Of a stretch of 64,000 nucleotides of DNA, positions 1 to 13,035 are shown one piece after another (the stretch's first letter is position 1; each line of letters begins with the position of its first letter). The stretch lies in NCBI RefSeq assembly GCF_009914755.1, contig NC_060925.1; one strand, given 5' to 3'. The notes below the pieces were generated by a model. It was not told the origin of the DNA. It was given only the letters and a program-made list of their open reading frames with translations, and searched no databases. The stretch comes from the human T2T-CHM13v2.0 reference genome, Homo sapiens. The position numbers were made by a program, and so were the translations under genes.

Positions 1-150
1 TGTTTGTAACACAAAGGATAAATGCTTGAAGGGAGGGATACCCCATCTTCTATGATGTGATTATTTCAGATTGCATGCCTGTATCAAAACATCTCATATA
101 CCCCATAAGTATATACACCATGTACCCAGAAAAATTGAAAATTAAAAAAA
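1..150 (+). mobile_element. L1MA-type LINE-1 3' end with A-tail, inserted into a Tigger2a element
   Basis: ggataaatgcttga...gcatgcctgtatcaaaacatctca...tacccagaaaaattgaaaattaaaaaaa matches L1MA 3' termini. Confidence 0.8.
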
Positions 151-371
151 TATTACTAAGAAAACCACAAGGAGAGAAATATATTTACTATTTAATAAAT
201 GGAAGTGGATCATTATAAAAGTCTTCATTTTCGTCATCTTCACATTGAGTAGGCTGAAAAGGAGGTAGGAAAGGAGGGGTTGGACTTGGTGTCTAGGGTG
301 GCAGAGGTGAAAGAAAGTCCGCATATAACTGGAACCCTGCATTTCAATCCTGTGTTGTTCAAGGGTCAACT
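151..371 (-). mobile_element. Tigger2a/MER28 DNA transposon (TcMar-Tigger), left portion
   Basis: Ends in tgttgttcaagggtcaactg (reverse complement of TIR CAGTTGACCCTTGAACAACA); internal aagtggatcat..ttgagtaggctga matches MER28. Confidence 0.85.
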
Positions 372-389
372 GTTATGCAAAGGTGGTAG

Positions 390-800
390 AATCTTATGCA
401 TTGACACAAAAATATCTCCAAGAACACTGTTAAGGAAAAGAGCAAATTGCAGAACAAAATGAATAGTATTTTTCTCATTTCTAAAAGCTGAAACCCATAC
501 ACACATTTACACACACATATAGTACGTAACTATATAATACTACAAATATACCTTATAAAATTTACAGTAAGGGATCTGGAAGGATGAACACTAAATTATT
601 AAGACTAGTTATTGTGAATTAAATTATGCTCCTGTGTGGGTCTCACAAGTCTAGTGCTTGGAGTTGAATTTGCCTGAATTGGTTATCTGTAAAGGAGGTC
701 TATTTTCACATGGTGTTGGCCATTATCACAGTGGACTTCGATTTCTATTTTGTAACATTTTATAATGTCTGAATTTTTAATGATGAAAATATACTCATTT
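390..800 (+). mobile_element. Very old L1ME-type 3' fragment
   Basis: gcaaattgcagaaca...gatctggaaggatgaacactaaa resembles L1ME 3'UTR; highly diverged. Confidence 0.4.
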
Positions 801-895
801 ATACTCATTTATTATTTATGCAATTTCAAGATACTTAGAGAATCAAACACAAAGAAAATAAAACACAAAAATATCGCAACAAACAAGATGTATGC

Positions 896-1401
896 TGTGG
901 GTGTTGAATAATGTTCCCTAAAGATAGCTCCTAATCCCTGGAACCTGTAAAAGTTACCTAATTTGGAAAAGAGTCTTTGCAGATGTGATTAAGTTAAGGA
1001 TTTTGAGATGTGGGGAAAATCCTGCATTATCCAGGTGGGCCCTAAATGCAACCAGATGTATCCTTTTGAGAGGGAGGCAGAGGGAGGTTTGACACACACA
1101 CACAGGAGAGAAGGTGATATAAGGACAGAGCAGAGAGAGATTTGAAGATGTTTGCTTTGAAGATTGGAGTGATGTGGCCCCAAGCCAAGGAATGCTGGCA
1201 GCTACCAGAAGCTGGAAGAGACAAGAAATAAATTCTCCCCTACAGCCTCTGAGAGAGTACAGCCTTGCTGACAGCTTGATTTCAGCTCAGTGATACTAAT
1301 TTCAGAATTCTGGCTTCCAAAACTATGAGATAATAAATTTCACTTGTTTTATTCGACCCAATTTGTAGTGATTGATTGGTTATAGCACCACAGGAAACTA
1401 G
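896..1401 (+). mobile_element. MLT1C/D MaLR solo LTR
   Basis: ctaatccctggaacctgt...ctttgcagatgtgattaagttaagg...ccaagccaaggaatgc...ataataaattt...gttatagcaccacaggaaacta. Confidence 0.85.
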
Positions 1402-1447
1402 AAAATTCAGAAAATTGCAGAAAATTACACAGAAAAAAATAAATATC

Positions 1448-1750
<303 letters not shown>

Positions 1751-1861
1751 ATAAAAATCACTTATAAACTCTGCTCTCCAGAAATAATTGTTACATTTTT
1801 TGGTGTGTTTCAAATATTTTAGTTTTAAAATCTGAGTATGTGCATCATCACTTTTGCAAAT

Positions 1862-3490
1862 CTTCAACTTTATTGAAGAATAATTGATGTACAACAAACT
1901 GCACATAACGTTTAGACAATTTAGTAAGTTTTGCATGTGCACACACCTATGAAACAACCACCACAATAAATATACAAACATTTCCATTATCCCCAAAATA
2001 TCCCTGTGTAGCCCCTCTCTCCCTAGACCTCCATGCTGTTTTCTGACACTATAGATTAGATTGCATTTTCTAGAATTCTATGTATTATTCCTTTTTATCT
2101 GTCTTATTTCACCCGCATAATGATTTTGAGACTCATGCATGTTGTTCCATATATCAAACGCATGTCATTCCATTTTATTGCTAAGAAGTATTCTATAATA
2201 TGGATGTGCCACAATTTGCTAATCCATTCACCTTTTGATGGACATTTGGGTTTCCAGGTTTTGATTATTACAGGTAAAGTTATTTGCATCTGTGTACAAG
2301 TTTTTGTGGGGACAAATACTTTCATTTCACTTTAGGTAAATACCTAAGAGTAAAATGTTTGGATCATATGGTGGATGTGTATCTTAATATTTTAAGAAAC
2401 TGTCAAATGAATTTACAGACCACTTGTACCATTTTACATTTCTACAAACAGTTCCAGTTCATAAACATTTGCATGGTCAGTCTTTTTAATGTTACTTATC
2501 CTAGCATATGTAAACTGGTATCTCACTGTGACTTTAATCTGGATATCTCTAGTGACTAATAATGTGGAATATTTTTGATGTGCTTACTGGCCATGTTTAT
2601 ATCTTATATAAAATATCTGTTTAATATGTTGACCATTTATAATTGAGGTGCTTATCTTGTTATTCAGTTGTAAGAGTTTTTTATATTCTTTGGATACAAG
2701 TTATCTGATATATATGCTACAAATATTTCCTCACTCTGTGGCTTACTTTTTTGTTTTCTTAATGGTGTCATCTGAAAAGCAGAGGTTTTAGATTCTGATG
2801 AAGTTCAATTTATAATTTTTTTTATATCATTTAAGCTTTTCATGTATACGAAAACTTTGCCATCACTGATGCTGTAAAATTTTCTCCTATATTTTCTTCC
2901 AGAAGTTTTATTGTTTTAAGTATTACATTTAGGTCTATCATCCATTTTGAGATAATTTTTTGTGTATAATGTGAGGTAAGAGTTAATGCTAATTTTTTTC
3001 TGTATGGATATTCATTTGATCCAACACCATTTGTTGAAAAGACTTTTCTTTCCCCCATTAAATTGCTTTGACACTCTTGTTAAAAATGAATTTACCAAAT
3101 GTATATACCTATGATATACTCACAAAAAATAAAAGTAAAAAATTTTATTTACAAAAAACAATTTACCATATACATGTTGATCTATTTCTGAATTCTCTAC
3201 TCTGTTCCAATGATCTATATGTATATTTTTTGCCAATATTAATCTACCTTGGTTAATGAAGCTTTATAATAAGTCTTTAAATCAGGAAGATAAGTCCTCC
3301 ATCTTCGTTCTTTAGAAAAATTGTTTTGTTTTTCTAGGTCCTTCATATTTCCATACACATTTTAGAATCAACTTATCCATTTCTATAAAAAAGCCTACTG
3401 GAATTTTGACTGGAATTGTGTTATGTCTGTGGATCAATTTGGGAAGAATTGACATCTTAACAATATTACATTTTCTAATCTATAAACCAC
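1862..3490 (-). mobile_element. Old L1M (L1MC/MD/ME-type) 3' region and ORF2 remnant
   Basis: Minus-strand ORF2 peptides (e.g. LTSHYTQKIISKWMIDLNV..TIKLLEENIGE) and typical 3'UTR ctttattgaag..aactgcac. Confidence 0.8.
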
Positions 3491-3720
3491 ATTACTTTTT
3501 AAACAATACTGGCTATATATGCAACTTGTTTCCTAAACCGACTAACTTGTACAACCTGTGTATAAAATTTCATGTATCCAACTATTCATTTATTTACTTA
3601 TTGAGTAGAGTTTAAAGTACTTATCTGGCTCCCTTCTAGATCCTTGAGGTACAGCATTAAACAAAGCGATAAATTCTTGCTCTCTTGGAGTTTACAGAGT
3701 TACCTTAATAATCACAATCC

Positions 3721-6048
3721 TGAATTTTGTCTAATTCTTTTCCTGCATCTATTGAAATGATCATGTGATTTTTGTTTTTAATTCTGTTTGTGCAACCCTT
3801 TATTATTAAAACTCTCAGCAAAACTGGCATACAAAGGACATACCTCAATGTAATAAAAGCCATCTATGACAAACCCACAGTCAACATTATACTCAATGGG
3901 GAAAAGTTGAAAGCATTCCCTCTGAGAACTGGATATCAAGACAAGGATCCCCACTGTCACCACTCCTCTTCAACACAGTACTGGAATTCCCAACCAGAGC
4001 AAACAGATGAGAGAAAGAAATAAAGGGCATCCAAATTGGTAAAGAGGAAGTCAAACTGTCACTGTTTGCTGGCGATATGTTTGCTTACCTTGAAAACCCT
4101 AAAGATTCCTCCAGAAAGTTCCTAGAACTGACAAAAGAATTCAGCAAAGTTTCTGGATACAAGATTAATGTACACAGATCAGTAGCTCTTCTAAACACCA
4201 ACAGCGACCAAGCAGAAAACCAAATCAAGAATTCAACCCCTTTTACAACAGCTGCAAAAAAAAAAAAAAAAACTTAGGAATATGCCTAACCAAGGAAGCA
4301 AAAGACCTCCACAAGGAAAACTACAAAGCACTGATGAACTAACTCATAGACGACACAAACAAATAGAAACACATCCCATGCTCATGGATGGGTAGAATCA
4401 ATATTGTGAAAATGACAATACTGCCAAAAGTAATCTACAAATTTAATGCAATCCATATAAAAATACCACGATTATCCTTCACAGAATTAAATAAAACAAT
4501 TCTAAAATTCATATGGAACCAAAAAGACCCCTCAAATACAAAGCAAGACTAAGCAAAAAGAACAAATCTGGAGGCATCACACTACTGATTTCAAACTATA
4601 CTATAAGGCCATACTCACCAAAACAGCACAGTACTGGTATAAAAATAGGCGCATAGACCAATGGAACAGAACAGAACAGAGAACCCAGAAATAAATCCAA
4701 ATCCAAATACAGCCAACTGATCTTCAACAAAGCAAACAATAACATAAAGTGGGAAAAAGACACCCTTTTCAACAAATGGTGCTGGGATAATTGGCTAGCC
4801 ACATGTAGGAGAATGAAAGTGAATCCTCATCTCTCACCTTACACAAAAATCAACTCAAGGCGGATTAAGGACTTAAATCTAAGACCTGAAACTACAAAAA
4901 TTCTAGGAGATAACATTGGAAAAACCCTTCTAGATATTGGCTTAGGCAAGGATTTCATGACCAAGAACCCAAAAGCAAATGCAATAAAAAAGATAAAAAG
5001 CTGGGCCTTAATTAAACTAAAGAGCTTTTGTACGGCAAAAGGAACAGGCAGCAGAGTAAATAGACAACCCACAGAATGGGAAAAAAATCTTTACAATCTA
5101 TACATCTGACAAAGGACTAATATCTAGAATCTACAATGAACTCAAACAAATCAGTAAGAAAAAAACAAACAAACAATCCCATCAAAAAGTGGGCTAACAA
5201 CATGAATAGATAATTCTCAAAAGAAGATATACAAATGACCAACAAACATATAAAAAATGCTGAACATCACTAATAATCAGGGAAATGAAAATCAAAACCA
5301 GAATGCAATACACCTTACTCCTGCAAGAATGACCATAATCAAAAAATAAAAAAACAGTAGATGTTGGTGTGGATGCGGTGATTGGGGAACACTTCTACAC
5401 TGCGGGTGGGAATGTAAGCTAGTACAGCCACTATGGAAAACAGTGTGGAGATTCCTTAAAGAACTAAAAGTAGAACTACCATTTGATCCAGCAATACTAT
5501 TACTGGGTATTTACCCAGAGGAAAAGAAGTCATTATTTGATAAAGATACTTGCACACGCATGTTCATAGCCGCACAATTCCCAATTGCAAAATCGTGGAA
5601 CCAACCCAAATGCTCATCAATCAACGAGTGGATAAAGAAACTGTGTGGTATATGTCTATATGATGGAATACTACTCAGCCATAAAAAGGAAGGAATTAAC
5701 AGCATTTGCAGCGATCTGGTTGAGACTGGAGACGATTATTCCAAGTGAAGTAATTCAGGAACAGAAAAACATCATATATTCTCACTGATATGTAGGAACT
5801 AAGCTATGAGGACGCAAAAGCATAAGAATGATACCATGGACTTTGGGGACTTGGGGGGAAGGGTAGGAGGGGGGCGAGGGATAAAAGACTACAAAAAGGG
5901 TGCAGTGTATACTGCTCAGGCGATGGGTGCACCAAAATCTCACAAATCGCCACTAAAGTACTCGCGTAACCAAATACCACCTGTACCCCAATAACTTATG
6001 GAAAAATAAATTTTAAAATAAATTTTAAAAAAAGGAAAACAGAAAAAA
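3721..6048 (+). mobile_element. L1PB1-like LINE-1, 5' truncated with a short 5' inversion (3721-3792 antisense)
   Basis: ORF2 RT and C-terminal remnants, L1PB1 3'UTR (gggtgcaccaaaatctcacaaatc), polyA, TSD aatcac(a/g)atcc at 3710-3720 and 6049-6059. Confidence 0.93.
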
Positions 6049-6344
6049 AATCACGATCCCAATTTTTATATCTGCTGATGAATAGCTTTGCCACTGCTGT
6101 GCTTCTGGGAGCCCTCTGGGGTGTTCTATTACATGTATGATCAGGAACAAATCTTATCAGCTCCCAGAGAAAATCCTGAGGGTACCACTGTTGTTTTGAC
6201 CAGGTGTTTTGTCCAGTATTACTTTGCTTCACTGTTCACTCCATGTTCTGCCATTACTAAGCCTGTCCAGTCCTAACAATTTCTGCCCAGGGATCGTGTT
6301 CAGGATCCCCTCTTGCTCAGGAAGAGATTAAGACAGAGCTAACT

Positions 6345-6830
6345 GTATTTACAACTCTGTCTGAGATAAGAAAACTAAAGTCCATTGTGGAATGATCAAA
6401 TTGGGATACATAGCATACCCATTACCTCAAATATTTATCATTTATTTGTGGTGAGAACATCTAAAATCCTTTCTTTTAGCTGTTTTGAAATATGCAATAC
6501 ATTATAATTAACTATAGTCACCACACTGTGCAATAGGTCAACTTATTCCTCCTATCTAACTGAAATTTTTTACCCTTTGACCAACATCTCTCCTTTCCTC
6601 TTCAACCCACCCATAAATACATACAATTAAAGATAAAAAATTAAAAATAAAATTTAAATGAAGGTTAATTAAAATTAAGGTCAATTAATATAAAAAGGAG
6701 AAAAAGAAAGAAAAGAATAGGGAAAAAAAACTAAGACCCAAAGATGTTAAGTGGCTTGGCATAGTTACATAGTTACAAAGGCAGTAAGTGGTAGAAACTG
6801 GATTCAAATTCAGACCCAATTTGTGTAAAT
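6345..6830 (-). mobile_element. MIR split by an L1MA insertion
   Basis: gataagaaaact..[L1]..gttaagtggcttg..agtaagtggtagaaactggattcaaa. Confidence 0.65.
6385..6726 (+). mobile_element. Short L1MA 3' end with 5' inversion (6385-6605 antisense, then sense terminus and A-rich tail)
   Basis: Inverted L1MA 3'UTR followed by ccataaatacatacaatt plus A-tail; TSD aaaactaaagtcca 6371-6384 / aaaactaagaccca 6727-6740. Confidence 0.75.
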
Positions 6831-7041
6831 TCAGTTGTTCTTTTTACTATATATTGTTGCCTCACAAGCTTGTAGATAAAAATGTTTACATCAAAGTGCA
6901 TAACCTTAGAGCCTTACAGAAAATGTACATTTGTGAATTGAGCAGGCTGTTTTTTGCCTGCTATGAAGGAAGCCGGTGGGTGGCCCCTTCCTTGCTCCCA
7001 AGAGTCCTCGCAGGCCTCTGACACTGAACAATGTCTGCTTA

Positions 7042-7218
7042 CAGCTAGGCTCTTAACCAAGGTTCCTTAGACAGCCTTCAGGGGGAGTCAGAGAACCCTC
7101 TGAAACTATATTCACAGATTTTTGTGTATGTATATATGTGCACTTTTTGGCACAAAGGTTTGCAATTTGCATTTTTCTTAAAGTGTCTCTGTCCCCTCCA
7201 AAAGATTAAGAACTACCA
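7042..7218. mobile_element. hAT-Charlie-type MITE (~175 bp)
   Basis: Imperfect TIRs ggctcttaacc / gattaagaactac and internal ccctctgaaact..ttttgtgtatg..atgtgcacttttt. Confidence 0.55.
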
Positions 7219-9919
7219 TTCCACCAACAAAACCTACCTTTAGGCCACCCTGCCTGGGACTAGCTATTTAATTAATCAGCAAATACTTATATATTGTGCA
7301 CAAACAGGGAAAGCATTGGCCAGCATTTATTGTCAGTTAAGAAAGCAGTACAAAATATTAAGTGGTGAATGTGTAGTAGAAAGAGAACTAGAGAGCTACA
7401 GTCATTGAGGGGAGAGAGGGAACATCATAGGGTCCTTAGGGTAGCTTTAAGGAGGCCGGATGGAAGCTGAAACTTGAAGGATGAATGTTTCCAGGATTTT
7501 TCTCTCTGGTATAATAAGAATGAAAACTTTTGCTCCGGGGGCTTGGTTCAGTATCAGTGGGTAACCACGCAGCTGTGGCCACCAGATTACCATTAAATGC
7601 AACTTGGCTGTTATTGTACTATTGGGTCATCAGCATTCAGCTAGTACCATGGCATAAAGGGGAAAGGAAAGCTACATTGAAGAGAAGATAAAAAGAACAC
7701 AGCAAGCAGAAAATAAAATGCCTTGAGTCTATTTTGCAGACTCAAACCCACTAATCGATCTTTCTGACTCTAAGTTGAGCAAACATAGGACATAATATAC
7801 ACCCAGATCGGTAGTAGCACATACACATTTTGACATAATCTGGCCATGGAAAGAAAGGAATTTTGAAGAAATCATTAAGTCTTTTGGCTAAAGGAACTGT
7901 CCACCAGTTCACATCTCAACTGCCAAATCTGAGTCAGACCCTGGCCTCAAATCTGAATTCCATTTTGTACAGATGCTAGATATATTCTTTCACTCAGAAT
8001 CAAACAGGCACACTTGATATTTAAAGCAGGTTTTCTATTTTTAGTTGCTTGCCAAACATCTGTCGGCCTTTCTTCTTAATGGTCTGCTCAGTAGAAGAGA
8101 AGGAGAAAAGCAGTATAAAATCATTTTGTTGTTCAATACCATGATTAGTTTTCTCAAGTTGACAGCCAGCCTTAACAAGATTCTCCTCTTCAGGAAAGGT
8201 TCTTTTGATGGATGGTGTCCCTGTGGCTCTAAACTGAATAGCAGAAGCAAGAAGGAGGTGAATTCTGTAGTTGGAGAGAGTCTTTTTTTCCTGCTAACTC
8301 AGGTGTAATTGATAAAACTCCACACTTCCTATAGCCCCAAAGTGCAAGTCCAAGAGAAAGGACAGGCAGGGTTTTTTGCTTTGTTTTAATTGAATTATCC
8401 CTGGTTCTACCTATTCTGAATCTAAACTTGGTTACAAATAATAGCCTGGGACAGCAGCCAAGTTTAATAAGTCACAGTATATTTTAGAAGAAAATAAACA
8501 CCCTCCAAATCTCAATTAAAAAGCAAGGAAAAAAAATGCATGTTGTCTACCAAAACAAAGGAATGGAGCACTTGAGAAATCCAGAGATTCAGGTAGGTAG
8601 ATGGTTGACAAATTGTAAAAATCTCATCACTCATCAAATTGTCTCAAGAAATATCTTGTTTTTTTCTCATTCACAAACCTAGAAAGAATTAAGCCTGGTT
8701 GAAATTCACATTTCTCTATAAAAATTTGCTCAGCTCTTGCCAGCATGGTGAATAATTTTTCCTCCGTAGATTGCTCCTTTGGCCTTTGAGTCACCTGGCT
8801 AGGATAAGTGACAGCCTCCCTTTGTTGGGCTGTTGGAGGCAAAATGTGTGGACAGGTCTTTGAGAGAAATATGGGAAACTCACCTAAGATACAAGCCTGG
8901 CAAGATTTCACTTTGGATTTTAATGACAAGAATGACCCATAGGCTGAAAGACAGAGCTTTGAAAATAAGAAGAAAGGAAATCCTATTTATTTACATCCAC
9001 GTAATCATACTTAATATATGAATATATTTACACAAGTATAAATTTTATGTATAAATTTTATGCATTTCGTTATTTATATTTATTTGTATACATTATATAT
9101 ATCTTGTGGAATCTATAATCATATCTATGAAACAGTTCAGGTATAACATCTGAAAGTCTCCCATCGCCTGGACTAGAACATTGCAAATTATGAAATATAA
9201 ATTTTTTATAATTTTCTATTTTAAAAGGAGCATGAATTTAAAGGCATAGCTTCACCAAAAATAACCATAAAAAAGGTTTAAAAACCTGAAATTAGAAACA
9301 GAAAAATAAACCACAGAAGTTTCTTAATAAGGACAGCACATTTAGTTATAATGCAAATTGAGCATGGGGTGGAAATGGTTACTGAGATATTAAAAGGAAT
9401 CTGTGGTTAGGTTATCTCACATAAAGGTGCTCATGCAATGGCTTCCAGGGGAATCCATCTGACAATCCTATCTCATCACATCACATCCAATCACATCAAT
9501 GAGCATTTACAGAATCCCTACTATGTGCCAAAGAGTATTCTATCCATTGGAAATGTAAAGAGGTGTGATGTGTGCAGCTCTGCTTTATTATGTCAGGTCA
9601 TTCTCAGTCCATTGATAGTGAAACATTTTCCCCTGAAAAGTGAAGCAAGCCCTTTCCTCTGTAGCCTCTAAAACTCAGAATCAGAGTACATCTTCTGGCA
9701 CCATGCAAATCACCAAAGGCGAACACACCTTGGAGTCATCAAAAATTACTTTAACTGAATAATACATTTAGAGTAGCAAGTATTATCACCAATATAGATT
9801 AAAATATTATTATACTAAATTGTGCTTACTCTTGTCATCCTAGGTGCAGTATCCGTTCAGGCTACCCTTCAATTTTTAGCCACTTGTGTTACGTTTTCAC
9901 ATTTTGACGCACAACTTAA

Positions 9920-10170
9920 TGATAGCTACTGTTGTTTGCCATTCGTGGGCTATGGACTGAGCACATTAAATATATTGTCTCATTTGACTTCATAACAACC
10001 ATCTACAGTAAATAGTATCATAATCATCTTGGATAAAAAGAGCCACACAGAAGCCATAAAGGGATAAGTAATGGTGCCAAAGGCTGCACGGCCAGTGAGT
10101 GGCAGAGCTGGGACTCAACTGCGGTATAAGTGATTGCAAAACTCTGGTCCTTCCATTCTATGCTATTGTT
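9920..10170 (-). mobile_element. MIR
   Basis: tctcatttgacttcataacaacc...gccaaaggctgcacggccagtgagtggcagagctgggactcaa. Confidence 0.75.
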
Positions 10171-10551
10171 GCAAGTGTTGGCTTAATCTTGGCTTTCCAA
10201 ATGATCTGAATGTCTGAGGCACAGGCACCCATCTTTGCCAATTCATGTCATTACTTTCCCGTCAGTCATTTCACATAGTCTTTCCTGAGGATTACCCATC
10301 TTCCATTATGACAGCTATTTTCAGGCTAATCCAGAATCCACACAAATGGAAACACTGGCCGGTCAAGACAGCTATCAGGGTTAACAACTATCAGGTTAAT
10401 GGGGGAGAGATGTTTAATGGGTTGGAAATGCAGATTCTTGATAAAGGTCACTCACATCTGTAGTGGGTAAAATGCAATAAACAAACTTTAAATGGCATGT
10501 GACTTCTTTATTGGCTTTCAGCCCAAGCTTCCAAGGAAACTTTATTTTTAA

Positions 10552-10773
10552 AATTTTTTTACAGCTTTATGAGTGTATAATTGATAGATAAAAACTGCGC
10601 ATATTTATTGTACACAATTTGATGAGTTTAGACCCATGATGAGTGTGGAGCCATGGGCCCATCACCACAATCAAGGTAATAACAACTATTACCTCTAAAT
10701 GTTTCATGCCCCCACCCCCCACTTTTTGTGGTAAGAACACTTAACACGAGATCTACTCTCTTAACAAAGTTTT
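10552..10773 (-). mobile_element. L1MB-type 3' end
   Basis: acagctttatgag..catcaccacaatcaagg..tgtggtaagaacacttaacacgagatctac. Confidence 0.75.
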
Positions 10774-12210
10774 AGAATCACTAAATGTTATATCTTGACA
10801 AAAACAAAACTAAACAAAATATCTACTTAATAAAATATTTATGTGCTGGCTGAAAAAAAGTCTTTGTAAGTAGGGTAGGTAATTCAAAATAGATAAGGTA
10901 AATTGGTTGGGGAACATACTGCATATACTCTGACTAGCAGGGAATTTTTAAAAATGACTGATGATGAATTGTATAACACCTCATGGTGGTACACATTCAG
11001 GAGTTATTATTGATACCACTGGTTATCAATTCCAACTTTGAAAACAGACCAGGAACTGGGTTATAGACAATATGGATAGAGAAAAATCTCTCATGTAGAT
11101 GGAAAGCAAAAAGCTGATCAGAGTTGGTTCACTTAATTTTTCTGTCAGTGGGTATAAATAACAAATTAACTTGAAGATAGTTAAGGTTTGATGAAATACC
11201 ATTTTTTATTATTACAAAAGGTAGTTATTTTAAATAGAAATGCCATCATTATTTGACTTTATTTAATCCACAGTGCTGTTGAGGGTCAAGGAGGTGGTTA
11301 CTAAAGCTCTTTAGAGGGAAAAAAATGATATGTTTCTTATCAGTAGATGTAGAATTGAAAGTATCCAACTGTGCTGACTACATGTTTTTATCACCAATGA
11401 ATGTGAACTTCTCTACTTCACAATTTCTTACACAAAGGCTAAATTACAAAACAAAGTGATTAATGAAAAGACATCTATTAATATTCTCTTGAAATTAACT
11501 ACATATAATTTAAAGGGAAGAATAAAATTCTAGCCTGTTAAAGTTTGCTGTTCCACTTTAAAAAGCAGGGAAGGCTTTAAAATGTTTCTTTTTATGCCCC
11601 TCAACTTTCACATCTTGCACTGAAGAAGTTTTTTTGTTCATTTTCTCTGTGGTGATATAATCAAAGGAGAAATATATGAGATGCCTGATAATTTCAGAGT
11701 CTTCATTTCAAACCATTAAAGCTGAATTGCATAATTTTCTTTCTAAAGATTGAAGCTCTCGGAAAATGAGCAGATGAAAGGTCTCAGCTTTCAAGGACAA
11801 TTGTTCATCCACTTATACAAATAACATATAATAACATGCATTCTAAGACTAGTTATTTTTTCTTTAGTATCTCAAAACAGTATGAATTGATGCAGTCTAG
11901 ATCAGTTATTAAGCCCCTCCACGGCTTGCCCATCAATCGCCGGGTCAGCACTAGAGGTTTATAGAGCTGCATTACAGAACCACAGTATTACCAAACAATG
12001 ATCATCATATGAAATTAGATTCTCCATCAAAAACAAAATTTTTGTGGCTGAAATTATGATTCTGGGTGCAGACCTGCAGCTCAAGCATCAACATTGATGC
12101 AAAATTGATGAAACTTCCAAGTGAAATTGCATTGTTTGATCTTCACAGCCCTGGAATAACATAGCCTAAAGCTACAGTTTCTGTAAACTTACTTTGCACA
12201 AATGACTTAC

Positions 12211-12256
12211 CCAGTACGGATGTATTGACATAGAGTGCCCATGAATGACATTAGGG
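12211..12256 (-). other. Candidate minus-strand exon (46 or 49 nt, NAGNAG acceptor)
   Basis: Minus strand ttttgtctcttttctAAGTAG|...TACTGG|GTAAGT; second donor AAA|GTAAGT 18 nt further on; no transcript evidence available. Confidence 0.35.
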
Positions 12257-12305
12257 CTACTTAGAAAAGAGACAAAATAACAGCAAAAGAATGCAGCAAT
12301 TGGTT

Positions 12306-12410
12306 CTGAAAATTACCTTTTTCCAGTGAACCTCTCTGAAAAATTACCTTTTTCTGCTGAATCTCACTCAAAAATTACCTTTTCCAACTGAAGCTCTCTC
12401 AAAGTGCCTT
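12306..12410. repeat. Degenerate ~31-bp tandem repeat, ~3.3 copies
   Basis: ctgaaaattacctttttccagtgaacctct / ctgaaaaattacctttttctgctgaatctca / ctcaaaaattaccttttccaactgaagctct. Confidence 0.85.
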
Positions 12411-12889
12411 GATGTTAAGCAATATAGTTTTAAGTTGAAAATGTCACAAGGCCATGAAAAGAAATTGATAGAAAATTTCAGAGTTCCTTGTTGATATTTT
12501 GAAGCAGCCTGTGGATTTTTGTTCTTTAACACAGATATGCTCTGCTGTGCTACCACTTTGATTTCTGTATTGCCAAAAACAGCATGTTTCTAGGCTTAAT
12601 GGCTTCACAGAGAAGAGTACGAAGGTGATTTAGTTATCGCTGCCGAGGTTCTGTTACCAGTAGGAAATTGGTAAACAGATGTTTTCAAAACCCTCTCCAT
12701 TCACTGTGGAACTTTAAAAAAGTGCAGTAAATAAAATTTTGAAATTTCTTTATCCTTTAAAAGAAACTATATTTCTATTTACTACAGTATCTTTTTAGAA
12801 ATTATGCACTTGAGCTGAGATTTTTTTTTTCTGACAGGAGGAATTTTTATTTCTTCAGTCAAAAGATGCAGGAAAGACATCCTACCTCT

Positions 12890-13035
12890 TGGAAGAATCA
12901 TTGGACTGGACATCCAAACACCTGAGTCCTAGCCTTGAGTCTGCCTCTCACAGCAGTATGACCCTGGGCAAGTCCTTGTGGAATAAGGGCATGGACAGAA
13001 TGATGTCAGAGGTTCCTTCTAGCTCTAATATTCTA
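12890..13035 (+). mobile_element. MIR3-like SINE
   Basis: gtatgaccctgggcaagtc...gatgtcagaggttccttctagctctaatattcta. Confidence 0.7.

Noticed and set aside
8627-8929. 100-aa minus-strand ORF in unique sequence
   Set aside because: No recognisable homology or convincing splice sites.
12306-12410. CRISPR-like array
   Set aside because: Contiguous degenerate tandem units with no unique spacers, in mammalian DNA.
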